Virus record (IMG/VR): IMGVR_UViG_3300020046_003388
DNA from: an uncultured virus (IMG/VR IMGVR_UViG_3300020046_003388)
Taxonomy: Duplodnaviria; Heunggongvirae; Uroviricota; Caudoviricetes
DNA length: 64,000 nucleotides
Strand: one strand, 5' to 3'
Positions 37,740 to 48,900 of this stretch are shown here, piece after piece (positions within the stretch are counted from its first letter, which is position 1; each line of letters opens with the position of its first letter). The position numbers and the translations under genes were made by a program. The notes below the pieces were generated by a model, which saw only the letters and a list, made by a program, of their open reading frames with translations, did not search any database and was not told the origin of the DNA.

Positions 37740-40700
37740 ATGGCTGGCACTTTCACTGTCACTGGGAACGTATACTCCAACCTCACCAAACTAGAGCAGG
37801 AGCAGCTACGCAAGGCTGACTTCACCTCTGGGGGTAAGGCTCTCACCGTTGGAGACGGTGAGGGCACGGTAGGAGTAGGCTCGATCAATGCGGAGCCTTA
37901 CGGTACAGGACCCTCTGTAGCCCTTGACAACACCTACTCCCAAACCCCTCCAGGCTCTCCAGGATTAGGGCTTGAGACGTTAACTCAGGTTGGCCTAACG
38001 TCTGAGACTGTTCGCTGGTATGGACCAACTCGTATTGCAGCAGGAACAACTGGTTTTGGGTTTGGTGTTAGCCAGTGGAGAGATCTCTCTGCTAACTTCG
38101 GGGCTCTTGGAGTCGTAGCTAACGACATCCTTCTAGTGAAGGGTGAGACGGCAGGTGCAGATAACAATCAGTTTGCTGCGGCTACTATTACAGTTGTTGC
38201 AGGTAACACCCTAACTTGCTCTAACATCTACGCACCAGATGCAGCAGTCATAAGTCAATTCGATATAGCTGGGGACAGCTACTCTTACCTCATTATCCGA
38301 CCCAATGTGGTACAGTTGTTCGCTGTACCAGGGTCAGGCCCACTTGGACGCGAGCAGTCGTTCATGATGGTGGTCCCTGGGTCCACGTTACATGTGAATC
38401 CAGCTCCCACTCTAGGGGGCATCAATGCAGATCGTATTCAGAACATTGTTCCTCCCGCATTCAATGGGAACATTGCGGTTGACCGAGCAGACTCGGTCTA
38501 TGGTCCTCCCAACACAGGTGGGCCAAGACTCCCCCTAGATACCCTAGGTTACCGTGTTGTTCTGTACAAGAGCAACAACACAGGTACCGGTCCGGACCTA
38601 AATCAGCCTATCGCAACACTATCCCCTGTTATTGACAGCACGGTTGCTGCTGCGGATCAAAGGATGACCTTTGACTACCGAGCTGGCATCGTTAGGTTCT
38701 CTTGTGCACCTAGAGCTGGGGATGCGATTAAGCCTACGGGTGGAAATCAAGGCGTCAACCCTACAACGGGTCGCCTTCAGCTCTATGCCATCTTTTGGGC
38801 TGTAGACCAGACGGCTACGATTGGCGCTTCTAGGTCGGTTTACACGGTCCGTAGTACAGAGGCCCTAGCTAAGGTGCCAGGGAAGGTCTACTACAACAAC
38901 TCTGCTGAGGGTTGGATGATGGGGTCCTCCGTAAATGGCGGATTCTATGTTCAGTCCTACTCCCCAGCTGAAGTCCCCGCAGCGGACCCAGGCGAGAAGA
39001 TTGACTTCGGTACTTACCTGTCTGCTGGGACCGACAGATTCCGAGGTCTCAGGCTAAGGGCCAGTGACCCTCGTATCAGTATGATCCCTCGACAGAGGGT
39101 GAATACCACAACTGACCCTCTTAGCTCCACTGAGCTACGGGTTGCAGACAAGACCTCCTTCACCCTGGGTGGTGGAACCGCACCTCCTCAGAATCAAGGA
39201 GCCGACTACTTCTCTGCGAGTACCACAAAGGGCCTACGTCAGAGCGGATTGGCCATTCGAGATGCTGTTCGTGCAGCGGCTCTTGATGGGTATGGTACGG
39301 TCCACCTACGTCGTGGCAAGTACGTGGTACTTAACACGATCGTTGTACCACCTGGTGTTATCGTAGAGGGCGAAGGGCAGTCGACTCAAATTGACTCGCA
39401 GTACACCTCTGGGGTTGGCGTATGGCCCTCAGTCTTCAAGTTTGGACCTAACACCTCGTGGGGTGTGTACGACTTTGACTACAACGAGCTAAACTCAACG
39501 TACACCCCAACGACAGAGTTCAACTACGGGGCCACAACCAAACTTGAGGGTATCGACGTTGTTTGGAACCCTACCCGTCGTGTATGGGGTATGGTTCAAG
39601 CCGACCTACTCACGAATGAGATTTGGTTCAACGAGGTACTTCCCAATGGTACTAAGGTAGTTGCAGGATCTGGGTTTGCTGTAAAGAACAATGCCAACGT
39701 CCTGTTCTCCAACGCGTCCACAAACTCAGACCAACACACTCCTTCCCACTACCCAAGAATCGCCTACCAACAGTGGTCGGACGAGTACTCGGTCGTTTGG
39801 GTAGAGGAGGGTGGCGGGCCAGTCGGACCTAAGACCAAGCTACAAGTAGTCCAGGCAACCAACACTCAAGGGGTCGTTGCATTTACTCGTAAGTTCGGCC
39901 CAGCCTTGGTACCTCCTGCGGGCACTTACCAGGACCACCCAAGTGTGGCTGTAGACAATAGCATCACGGATCCATCGGTAGCTTACCGCATTGCGCTATC
40001 GTATACCGAACATGCGGCTCCACACAACAATGCGACCCTATGTACTGCCTTGATGGACTCGATTACTGGAGCCTCCTTAGCGTCCAGTACAAACGCCTTC
40101 ACCAGTTACATTGTAGTGTCCTCTACCGATGTGTCGTCAGACGACCAAGGTAACTTCCTGTTCGCCTTCAGTGTTCGCAAACACAAGCTCATCTTGGGCA
40201 CGACAGGGAATATTGTTGGTGAGACTTTGGTGGATGCGGGCATCCCGGATTTCACTGCGGTTGGCGTAGAGATAGGATCTAGATTCCTTTACGTGAGCGG
40301 TACTTCGGTAGACTACGGTACCTCTGGGGTTGTTGCTGCTATTGCTCCAGCTTCCACCCTAACGATTCAGAACGACACTCTTGCAGCGTGGACGAACCAT
40401 ACTCCTGTAACCTACTACCTAGCCCCAACCTCTACCATCTACACAGTAAAGAGCACTGGGCTTTCTTTTGGGACCGTGAATGTTGTATCTGGCACATCGC
40501 CAGCAGCCAACTTCTACGTTTTTGATGTGAGGGAGCCTGATTACGTCAGACTTTCACGCGGGGTAGGTAGCTGGGCAGTAATCTACCAGTCGTTTGACAC
40601 GACAACCATCCTAGCTGCAAGCTCGATCAAAAACTGGGATAACAACCTAAACACTGGATTTGTTGACCAGGTTTGGGGTACCTGTCGAGACCTTACTCCA

Positions 40701-43700
40701 CGTCGACTGCATCTTGCTACTTGCTACGCCCTAGTGAATGACTTCGGGGTAGACATTAGTCCGCGTAGTCCGTTAACAGCTTCAAGTGACGACTTCTACA
40801 CAAGAGCCGGTGCTGACACGACTACTTGCCAAAGGTCTCTTGGGGGTCGAGTAGTCCCTCTTCCAAACCACAACGCGATCCTCAACGTCAACCGTCCAGG
40901 TGGCTATTGGGAGATGGAAGTTGCAGCTCGTAACTACTCTCAGCCGTGGACCGTCACGAAGGCTCCTTCTCTTATTCCAGACGTTACCTGGACGGGGCAG
41001 GATTGGGTTGTCGTCAGTCCATCGGTAAGTCGCATCGAGTCTGCAACCGGGACTTACCTTCAAAGCGGTCCTGATTTCTATCTTGCGGACCCATCCTTCA
41101 TTTTCGGGTCTGGTGGGTCGAGCGTAGATGGAAGTTACCTACCGGCTACCGTAGCCGTAGGAGACTGGATTTACTTCCCCTCGGTTACGCAGTACGCACA
41201 GATTGCTGCAATATCCTCTGAGCACGTAGTCAGATTTACCGGACCGGTAGCAGGTCTTGTTCTAACGACTACGTACTCGTGGTACCTAGTTCGTCCAAGT
41301 AACCTTGGAGTCTCTGGTGGGATTAAGAACCCAGGGTTTAGAATCAGCGCAAGAGGCGAAGTTACGGTATCCACCAACTTCTTCACCTTCGCAGATGAGT
41401 TGCCAGATGCTACAACTCACGTCCCAACTCTAAGGCACCAAGAGACGATTTGGCGGCCCAAGCTGTGGGGAGATTACACGGTTAACAATCTGTTTGGGGC
41501 AGGGTATCAGGCTCCAACTTCGGACGTCAGTCTCAACTGGAACGACGTCTGGACAACCTCTAGACTTGAACTCAACCTGTTCTACCGTGGAGTAGCGGTA
41601 GGGGCTCCAAAGGGTTGCAGTGAGCTGATCACCACTGAGTTCCCCATGGTGGCTCTTGCCTGGGGAGAGAACTTCTACGGATTCCTTGATCGGAATGTCT
41701 CTGGAAGTACTGGAGCCCCAGGCAACTTCAAGAATCAAACTGTGTTCTATCGTCAGAGCTTTGGGCCATGGGAAGGCGGTCTGAAAGACCTAGCTATCCA
41801 GGGATCCAAGTCTAGTGCTTTGAAGCTAGAAAGCTCTCACCATATCTTTACTCGACATGGTTTACTGCCCAACTCGGGTAGCCCATTCTTCGCTACCGAT
41901 GGGTACCGAAACTGCTTTGCTCACTTGGCTCCACAGCAGCTTAACTCTAGTTTTGAGCCCCGAGAAGCATCCACGTACCGTTCGGGGATGCAGTCGATTT
42001 ACACAGACGTGACAGGTCGAGACCCAGTTCGGATTCGAGAGGGGCTCTACATGGGGCTTACTTCGGCCGAGTTTGACGACACGACCTTCTCTCCTGTCGT
42101 AGGGTCGGTTGTAACGGCAAAACAACTCAACGGCTCTAGTCCTCGTGTACTGTGGGATGGGAAAAACTTCGTATCGTTCGTTGGTACGACGGTACTTCAA
42201 GCTGCGACTACAATTGTTGGAGTCACTACCGTATTCGCAACTTCAGGGAGTAACCCTAAGTTGAGAGGTTTGATTTCCATGTTCCGGTTCACGGGCGGGG
42301 ACCACAGCAACTCAAACCCAGACAACATTCTTGGGGGTGGAGTTTCTGAGGTAGGGGCTTCTACAGCTCGGTCTGGAAGCTCTACAGTCGTAGCTTCTAC
42401 TGTCATATCTACAGGGGCAAGTGCAGATGCTGAGGTAAGAGACGCACTTACGTTCGATGTGGCCTTCTCTGGTAAGGTCTTTTGCGTTGCCTGGTCGATG
42501 GGGTACAACGCCTCTCCTGGAGATGGGGCAGACGTAACTGGGGGGTGTATTGTCGGTTACAGTCTATTCGAAAATGGGTTGAACACTCCACCTAACTCGA
42601 TTGGAGGCTATGGGTATGGAGTTGAGGCAACCCCATTGGATGTGGCGTTCGTAACGAACTCCTTCAAGGAGAAGATGACCCTAATTCACCCCAAGGTGAC
42701 TTGGGATGGAAACAAGTTTGTTATCTGCTTCGTCCACTACGATGACACTACCCACCGTAACATCAAGTATGTTACGATCCCTGAGTATGGGGTAGGTTCG
42801 AATGTGACCTTCAAAGCCTTGGGGGCAGATAATGTAGGTAGGGGGGATTCTGGCATAGAGATGCGGCTAGGGAATATTGCTAACGGCAATATTACTATGA
42901 CCCAAGACGGGACTAAGTACGTTGGAATGCGACCCCAACCTGGGGACTTGGTTTGCATTAACAGAAGTGGTGACATTGCAACGACGATAGCAAATGCAGT
43001 TGACCTTGCTGGTTGGTATACGGTTGTAGACTACGACCCAGTCTCAAACGAAATGAACATAGGTCGTGATCTTACTGCTTACAACGGCCTAAACGTGTAT
43101 GGTGTGTTGATGTCTGGTGGGGTTATGGGAGGCAAGAACGCCACCCTCCTTGGCAACCAGTTTACGGCTGGTGTAGACACTGCAACTTTGGGCAGATCTG
43201 CCTACGGTAACTACCTACAGAAAGCTGGAGATGGGGTTCTTGTCCAAGAGGACCCTAGGAGTGTGCTAAGGATTTGGGGGCTAGAGTTCGACCCCTCTAC
43301 CAACTCCTTCTTCATTCTCTATGAAGAGTCTACGAACGACCTGTGGGTGACGTCCTTTAGTCTACAGTCAGGAGTGTCTATCCGTGAGCCAGTGAGGATT
43401 GCCTCTACAGCCACCACAACCTACGCAGCTATAGGTCTGAATGGGGACTCTCTTCTTGTAGTTTACGCCAAGACAGACATTGTGTACTACGCTGAAGTGA
43501 GTAAGGGACTGATTGCTACGCCAAATGCTTCCCGAGTCAACTTCAGTTACACGGATGTGCTTGGGAACACAGCTGGTAAAATGCCAGGACCTACTTACGG
43601 TACGGGAGCTTATGGGGCTGTCCGAGGTATTCAGGTCAAGTGGAATGATGTACTAGGGCGTTGGCAAGTTGCTGTATCCTTCGGGACAACAGCTTCGACG

Positions 43701-44591
43701 ATTCGACACCCTAACTACAACGACTACACGCCTTTCGATATCCTAAAGGTAGGCACCTCCCTCACAACTTGGGTAGACAGGACCGTAACTTACGGTAGCG
43801 CCTTTAATCCAACTGTAGGTCAAAGGTTGATGGTTATCCGTAACCAATTTGTAATAGGTGGGCCAGTAGGCGTGTTGAACTTTGACACCCCTGATCGATT
43901 CACGATGCAGGATTCTGGTCAAAACTTTACCGCAGCGGGTGTCGTTACTGGGGACTGGTTAAGCGCCGTTTGGTTTGACGTTGTGTCTAAGACTGCCCTT
44001 CGTCAGATCACCTCAGCCTCACACGCAGGTAACGTTACGCGGTGTAAGTACACCTACCCAATCCTGACCAATCCTCCAAGTAACTACCTACCTAACGTTA
44101 TACCTACGTATGCGGTATACCGTCCGTCGATGTACTTCTACTGGAACTTGAAGAATAACTCCGCTGGTACGACTCACACAATTGACGTAGATACGAGTGA
44201 GACAACCCAAGAGGCGGCATTCCTTGCAGCAAAGTCAGAATGCGAGATCTACGCAATGCCTAGAGAGGATGTGTTCCTATTCACGCTCTCTCCTGGACAG
44301 CCTACGGTCAAGATCAAGGATGCCGATGGAGTGACCTTCTCCAACCTCAAGTTGGCAGGGTCCGTAGATATCTCAGAGGAGTACTTGAACCTAGCTAGAA
44401 TGGTTCAGAAGTCTGGCGGTATCGAAGTTGGAGAGGTTACGGGTGGAGTAGCAGCTGCTCTTGTCCGTAGACTCTCCAGGCCTAAGATGCACAACCAGTT
44501 GCTCACTCCAGTGGACAAGGTGAGCACTCTGGTTTGCTCGAATGTCAAGTCTGGGGCCCTAGCTAAGTACACGGCAAAGGGAGGTAAGTGA
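37740..44591 (+). CDS. Giant tailspike-like protein (beta-helix start motif plus beta-propeller-like repeats)
   Basis: AIRDAVRAAALDGYGTVHLRRGKYVVLNTIVVPPGVIVEGEG (pectate-lyase-fold entry motif); 14 P.v.w.G..f.vvw-like blade motifs. Confidence 0.65.
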   Translation: MAGTFTVTGNVYSNLTKLEQEQLRKADFTSGGKALTVGDGEGTVGVGSINAEPYGTGPSVALDNTYSQTPPGSPGLGLETLTQVGLTSETVRWYGPTRIAAGTTGFGFGVSQWRDLSANFGALGVVANDILLVKGETAGADNNQFAAATITVVAGNTLTCSNIYAPDAAVISQFDIAGDSYSYLIIRPNVVQLFAVPGSGPLGREQSFMMVVPGSTLHVNPAPTLGGINADRIQNIVPPAFNGNIAVDRADSVYGPPNTGGPRLPLDTLGYRVVLYKSNNTGTGPDLNQPIATLSPVIDSTVAAADQRMTFDYRAGIVRFSCAPRAGDAIKPTGGNQGVNPTTGRLQLYAIFWAVDQTATIGASRSVYTVRSTEALAKVPGKVYYNNSAEGWMMGSSVNGGFYVQSYSPAEVPAADPGEKIDFGTYLSAGTDRFRGLRLRASDPRISMIPRQRVNTTTDPLSSTELRVADKTSFTLGGGTAPPQNQGADYFSASTTKGLRQSGLAIRDAVRAAALDGYGTVHLRRGKYVVLNTIVVPPGVIVEGEGQSTQIDSQYTSGVGVWPSVFKFGPNTSWGVYDFDYNELNSTYTPTTEFNYGATTKLEGIDVVWNPTRRVWGMVQADLLTNEIWFNEVLPNGTKVVAGSGFAVKNNANVLFSNASTNSDQHTPSHYPRIAYQQWSDEYSVVWVEEGGGPVGPKTKLQVVQATNTQGVVAFTRKFGPALVPPAGTYQDHPSVAVDNSITDPSVAYRIALSYTEHAAPHNNATLCTALMDSITGASLASSTNAFTSYIVVSSTDVSSDDQGNFLFAFSVRKHKLILGTTGNIVGETLVDAGIPDFTAVGVEIGSRFLYVSGTSVDYGTSGVVAAIAPASTLTIQNDTLAAWTNHTPVTYYLAPTSTIYTVKSTGLSFGTVNVVSGTSPAANFYVFDVREPDYVRLSRGVGSWAVIYQSFDTTTILAASSIKNWDNNLNTGFVDQVWGTCRDLTPRRLHLATCYALVNDFGVDISPRSPLTASSDDFYTRAGADTTTCQRSLGGRVVPLPNHNAILNVNRPGGYWEMEVAARNYSQPWTVTKAPSLIPDVTWTGQDWVVVSPSVSRIESATGTYLQSGPDFYLADPSFIFGSGGSSVDGSYLPATVAVGDWIYFPSVTQYAQIAAISSEHVVRFTGPVAGLVLTTTYSWYLVRPSNLGVSGGIKNPGFRISARGEVTVSTNFFTFADELPDATTHVPTLRHQETIWRPKLWGDYTVNNLFGAGYQAPTSDVSLNWNDVWTTSRLELNLFYRGVAVGAPKGCSELITTEFPMVALAWGENFYGFLDRNVSGSTGAPGNFKNQTVFYRQSFGPWEGGLKDLAIQGSKSSALKLESSHHIFTRHGLLPNSGSPFFATDGYRNCFAHLAPQQLNSSFEPREASTYRSGMQSIYTDVTGRDPVRIREGLYMGLTSAEFDDTTFSPVVGSVVTAKQLNGSSPRVLWDGKNFVSFVGTTVLQAATTIVGVTTVFATSGSNPKLRGLISMFRFTGGDHSNSNPDNILGGGVSEVGASTARSGSSTVVASTVISTGASADAEVRDALTFDVAFSGKVFCVAWSMGYNASPGDGADVTGGCIVGYSLFENGLNTPPNSIGGYGYGVEATPLDVAFVTNSFKEKMTLIHPKVTWDGNKFVICFVHYDDTTHRNIKYVTIPEYGVGSNVTFKALGADNVGRGDSGIEMRLGNIANGNITMTQDGTKYVGMRPQPGDLVCINRSGDIATTIANAVDLAGWYTVVDYDPVSNEMNIGRDLTAYNGLNVYGVLMSGGVMGGKNATLLGNQFTAGVDTATLGRSAYGNYLQKAGDGVLVQEDPRSVLRIWGLEFDPSTNSFFILYEESTNDLWVTSFSLQSGVSIREPVRIASTATTTYAAIGLNGDSLLVVYAKTDIVYYAEVSKGLIATPNASRVNFSYTDVLGNTAGKMPGPTYGTGAYGAVRGIQVKWNDVLGRWQVAVSFGTTASTIRHPNYNDYTPFDILKVGTSLTTWVDRTVTYGSAFNPTVGQRLMVIRNQFVIGGPVGVLNFDTPDRFTMQDSGQNFTAAGVVTGDWLSAVWFDVVSKTALRQITSASHAGNVTRCKYTYPILTNPPSNYLPNVIPTYAVYRPSMYFYWNLKNNSAGTTHTIDVDTSETTQEAAFLAAKSECEIYAMPREDVFLFTLSPGQPTVKIKDADGVTFSNLKLAGSVDISEEYLNLARMVQKSGGIEVGEVTGGVAAALVRRLSRPKMHNQLLTPVDKVSTLVCSNVKSGALAKYTAKGGK

Positions 44592-44592
44592 A

Positions 44593-45249
44593 ATGTCCAC
44601 CCACGTACTAGTCGGGCTGTTCGACGACCAAATCAACGGAGTTCTCACCACGAGTGGGACTCCTCCCATGTCAACGATTACCGGGAACTACGTAATTCGA
44701 GTACCGGATGACATCCCAGTGCGAAACCCAACGAGCGTTGCAGACTTAATCACAAAGAAGTATGCAGGCACCCTAGGTATGCATGCCCTATTCACCCAGA
44801 TCATCTATGATGACATGCTGGATGGGTTGGGGATGAATGCAGGGGCTAGTAACGGGATTACGTTGGGGGATAGGGGTACATGCGGCCTCTACCCTGTCAA
44901 TGGAGCTGTAATCCCGATTCTCCAGACCGCACCGTACGGTATTGTCTGGGGAGGTACTCCTCCAGGGCCTGCTCAGGCCATCGTGACCTACGAGCTTTTT
45001 GAGTACGTGGATGTAGACGACAAGGGTTTAGTGTACGTACGTAAGTACCGTGAGGTCACCCCAGATACGAATGTGTCTGTTCAGGTTAGCTTCAACGGGG
45101 GGACCACTTTTTTTGCAGCTACCGATAAAGCATTAGTCTCTATCCCCTTGGTGTCACGAGGGACCTCAGTTGTTCTCAAGTTCACTAGGACAACCAATAT
45201 CGCAACTAAGGGTCGGGTCTTGATCGGATCTTGGGCGGTTCTATTCTAG
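44593..45249 (+). CDS. Putative virion structural protein
   Basis: GGAGG RBS; 218 aa; VSVQVSFNGG...VVLKF beta-sandwich-like C-terminus. Confidence 0.6.
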   Translation: MSTHVLVGLFDDQINGVLTTSGTPPMSTITGNYVIRVPDDIPVRNPTSVADLITKKYAGTLGMHALFTQIIYDDMLDGLGMNAGASNGITLGDRGTCGLYPVNGAVIPILQTAPYGIVWGGTPPGPAQAIVTYELFEYVDVDDKGLVYVRKYREVTPDTNVSVQVSFNGGTTFFAATDKALVSIPLVSRGTSVVLKFTRTTNIATKGRVLIGSWAVLF

Positions 45250-45954
45250 ATGGAATTCATAATTTACACTTGCACAAACGTTGTGAATGGGATGCTGTAT
45301 GTCGGACAAACTCGTCGTACGCTGGCAACTCGATGGTCTCAACACGTTTGCGATGCCAAGCGTCTTGTGAGCACTAGACTTTATCGAGCACTACGCAAGT
45401 ATGGTCGTGAGAGTTTCATGCTAGCTGTGCTTGAGAAAGTGGACACGCTTGAAGCTGCTAATGCAGCCGAACAACGATGGATTGCGCATTTCAAGTCGAA
45501 TGACCCACAGTTTGGGTACAACTTGGATGGGGGTGGGAATGTCCGTGGGGTGAGCCCAGAAACACGAGCTAAGCAAAGTGAGGCTCAGAAAAAGCGCTTT
45601 GCCAAGCCTGGAGCGAAGGAAAGATTATCCGCTTCAATGCGTGGTAGGTCTTTAACTGCTGAGCACATCAACAAGCTTAAATTAGTTCGAGCAGGGCATG
45701 CTTGGAGGTTAGGGGTAAAGAACAAAACGCCTCACCCTGAAGAGCGTAGGTCTAGAATGGCTGCTGCTCATATGGGCAAGAAGCACTCATCAGAAACTAA
45801 AGCTAAGATGAGTGCTTCTCAACGAGCAAGAGCCGAACAAAAGCGATGCGGTTCTCCCATGACTGACCTCATAGTTGCCCCAGCCAGTAAGCTGGATATC
45901 CTGAAGAAATTTCAATTAGATCAAGTAGTGGAGTCGATCAATGTCGTCGGATAA
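45250..45954 (+). CDS. GIY-YIG homing endonuclease with NUMOD3 motifs
   Basis: IIYTCTNVVNGMLYVGQTRRTLATRWSQH...E...GYNLDGGG; SPETRAKQSEAQ, HSSETKAKMSASQ; overlaps next gene by 14 nt. Confidence 0.85.
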   Translation: MEFIIYTCTNVVNGMLYVGQTRRTLATRWSQHVCDAKRLVSTRLYRALRKYGRESFMLAVLEKVDTLEAANAAEQRWIAHFKSNDPQFGYNLDGGGNVRGVSPETRAKQSEAQKKRFAKPGAKERLSASMRGRSLTAEHINKLKLVRAGHAWRLGVKNKTPHPEERRSRMAAAHMGKKHSSETKAKMSASQRARAEQKRCGSPMTDLIVAPASKLDILKKFQLDQVVESINVVG

Positions 45955-48900
45955 CTACGGTACAGGCGTATCTCGTGTTCTCGACCCAAAACAAGCTTCT
46001 ATCCTAGGGGTTATCTGGCAGCAAGGTAAGCCCCCACTGGATAGCGAGTTGAACTTGGCTCAGCAGCTTCAAGCTAACTGGAGTCAGCAACTATGTCTGA
46101 GGGGCACCCCCTCTGGATTTTTGGGTAACGATGCGAACACCTCCAAGGACTACCTGACCAATCCAAGCTGGTCTAACTGGTTCCAATTTGGACGCCAACG
46201 ACCTGGAGAGAAGCAGGCCATTGCATGGGCAGTGGTTAACGGCTGGCTTATCCCAGTGACGGGGACACGCACGGGTACCCCACCAGGATCTCCGAATAAC
46301 ACGGACACCTGGAACAAGATTGCACTGGACCCTCCTCCAGCAAACAGTGGAGACTTCCGAGCAGACTTTACGTTCCTGGAGGTGTGGGTTGCGAGAGTTC
46401 CTCCAGGGCCTTCTACACTCAACAAGCCAAGTGCTTCGGCTGTCTACCGTTACGGAAATGTTGAAGGTGGGTACAGCTACCTACCTGACGATATCCAGGA
46501 CCCTCAAATCGGGGTAGAGACAACTCAGAGAGTTCAAGTCCAATACCGAATTCGAGTAGTCAAGGGACTCATTGGGCTAGCTACCTACCCGGATGGGTTT
46601 GACCCGACCCTCGTGAAGGGCCGAGGAGCCGCTGCGGCAGATACCTCCTTCACCTTCACCAACATGCGTCAGGAACTCGGGGACCCAGGTCTCTGGAGGG
46701 CTGGGGACGGCACTGCAAACTCGCTAGGTACCGTGGATGGGTATGTCTATGCCATCCCGCTATGCGCTGTCTTCCGTCGTAACTCTGTCGTGTGGTCAGG
46801 GGACCCATCGCAGAACCTCAATGGAGGGTTCAATCGTAACCCAGTAGCTACAGACCGAACGGGAGTGAAGACCTTCTCTACCGTAGCTACGCTTGCGGCT
46901 GGGATAACGGATGTGGCCACCTCGCTCACGATTGTGTCTGCTGCGAATATTCCGCTACCCACAGCTCCAGCATCTCCTGTTCTAATTCAGATCGGAGACG
47001 AGCTACTCACCTACACGTCTATCTCAGGGACCACTCTCAGTGGGCTGACCCGAGGTGTGAACGGAACTCAGAAAGAAGCTCACCTGATTGGGCAGACCAT
47101 CAAGGTTGTGTCTAGTCGTCCTGACGGTCTCTTCTCGGATCAGATTGCAGCTACCGATATTCTGGACCTACGCCATGTGGTTAGCCCCAATGGTTTCGAC
47201 TACTCCGCGCTGTTGGCCGGGAGTCTCGACAAGCTCTTGAAGGGGCAGCTGAGGTCCAACTGGAAGCGAACGGGAGGAGGCCCACAAGGCACCTTCATTA
47301 CGTACCAGGATAAGGTGTCCGCTTCGGCTGCGGGCATGGGAATCACTAAGGTCGACTCCCCTGACGGGATCCGTATGATTTTCTCGGATGCAGCTGCCAT
47401 GCAAAAAGTGGAGGTTCTCTGCACTCCATTTACAGCAGCTGTAGCCATCCCAGCAACTCAACCCATTGGCACATCTTGGTCTCTTGCGATCAACGCTCTC
47501 ACGACAAGACAACGATCTGGTAACCAGTGGGACACAGAGTTGTCCGCAGGAGATGGGTTGGGGGATCGCATCAAGATCCTTGTCGCCCAATTCAAGAACA
47601 CTGTACCGGGAGCAGATGCAGACCAGGTGCGACTCTTGAATGAGTCCCCAGCAGCTAGCTCTGCGGGTCAGAGTGCAGGTGGAGCTACCTTCACGGATGC
47701 AACGAGTGACCTTTCGAAGGTACAGCCTGGAGACACCTTGGTGATTTACCAAGGTACCAATCGAGGGTCCTTTCCGGTCCTCAGCTCCGTTGCGCAAGTT
47801 GTAACTGTCGATGGAGTCTTGGTGGCAGGATCTGGGATCACCTACGAGATACGTCGTGGTGTGGGGTCAATCCAAGTTCGTATCGATGGCATGGAAGAGC
47901 CCCTTCCTCAGCATCGCTTCAAGGTTACTCCACTCAACCCAACGTCGAGCGATGACCTTACAATCGAGTTCATTGGGGTAGGGGTTCCCTTCCCAATTGC
48001 AAAGACTGTCTACGTCACTTCGCACGTACAGTACGGAGCGGGTAGAGGTCTCTCGCATAGGCCTGACTCGATCCATAATCTTGCAATGTACAACCCAGCG
48101 GCGGACATTCTTGTCCCATCGATTGGTGTACCTTCCACGAACTACACCTTGGGTACAACGTGGGCTCTACTCTGGAGCAAGTATCGATCGGCAGCTTACA
48201 AGAACTTGCTACCTGTCACAGCAGGGTCCTATGCCGACCTTGGAAGTAAGACCGTCATCCTTACTCCGTTCCGTCGTATCGCGTACCCTGCGACACCAAC
48301 AGGAGTGCGAACTCAAGATGGTGCAAGTACAAATCGCTACACGGCTACCGTCACAACGGGCACGGCTGGCTCGTCTGTAGGAACGACCACCTTCACAGAT
48401 GCTGGGGCTGGATTTGGGGTCAGTGGAGTTGTTGCGAACGACAGCTTCGAAGTGACCAAGGGCCTAGCAGCTGGCAAGTATCGTGTGGTCACCGTCAGTC
48501 CAACGACGTTGGTTCTAGACCGCCCGATCCCAACCGCATCGAACATTGCCTACAGCGTGTATCATACACAAGGCTTGATGCCCTTCAAGAAGCGGGACGG
48601 GCTAACAGCGAAGTGGACCACGACAGACCCACTAGGGCTCTTCTCAGGCTCGTCAGATCCTGATGCAAACCGGAAGAACTTTTTCGTCTCTCTGCCTCGG
48701 CACTTGGTGCCTGGTTGGGGAGAGGTTCATGCTCCAATCCTCTCAACGAACGGAGCCCTGTTTCATCGTGGTGTAAACTACATGCTTCAAGCTCGTGAAG
48801 GTTTGAACACCAACACGACAGATGCTGACCACTGCAAGCAGTTCATCAACTACACCTCGAACGTTCCGTTGTCCTACGCGTCGATGTCTACGGGTAACTT

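Noticed and set aside
2668..45954. Endonuclease genes as group I intron-encoded ORFs
   Set aside because: Flanking gaps are at most 57 nt or overlapping, too small for a ribozyme core, and neighbouring genes look complete
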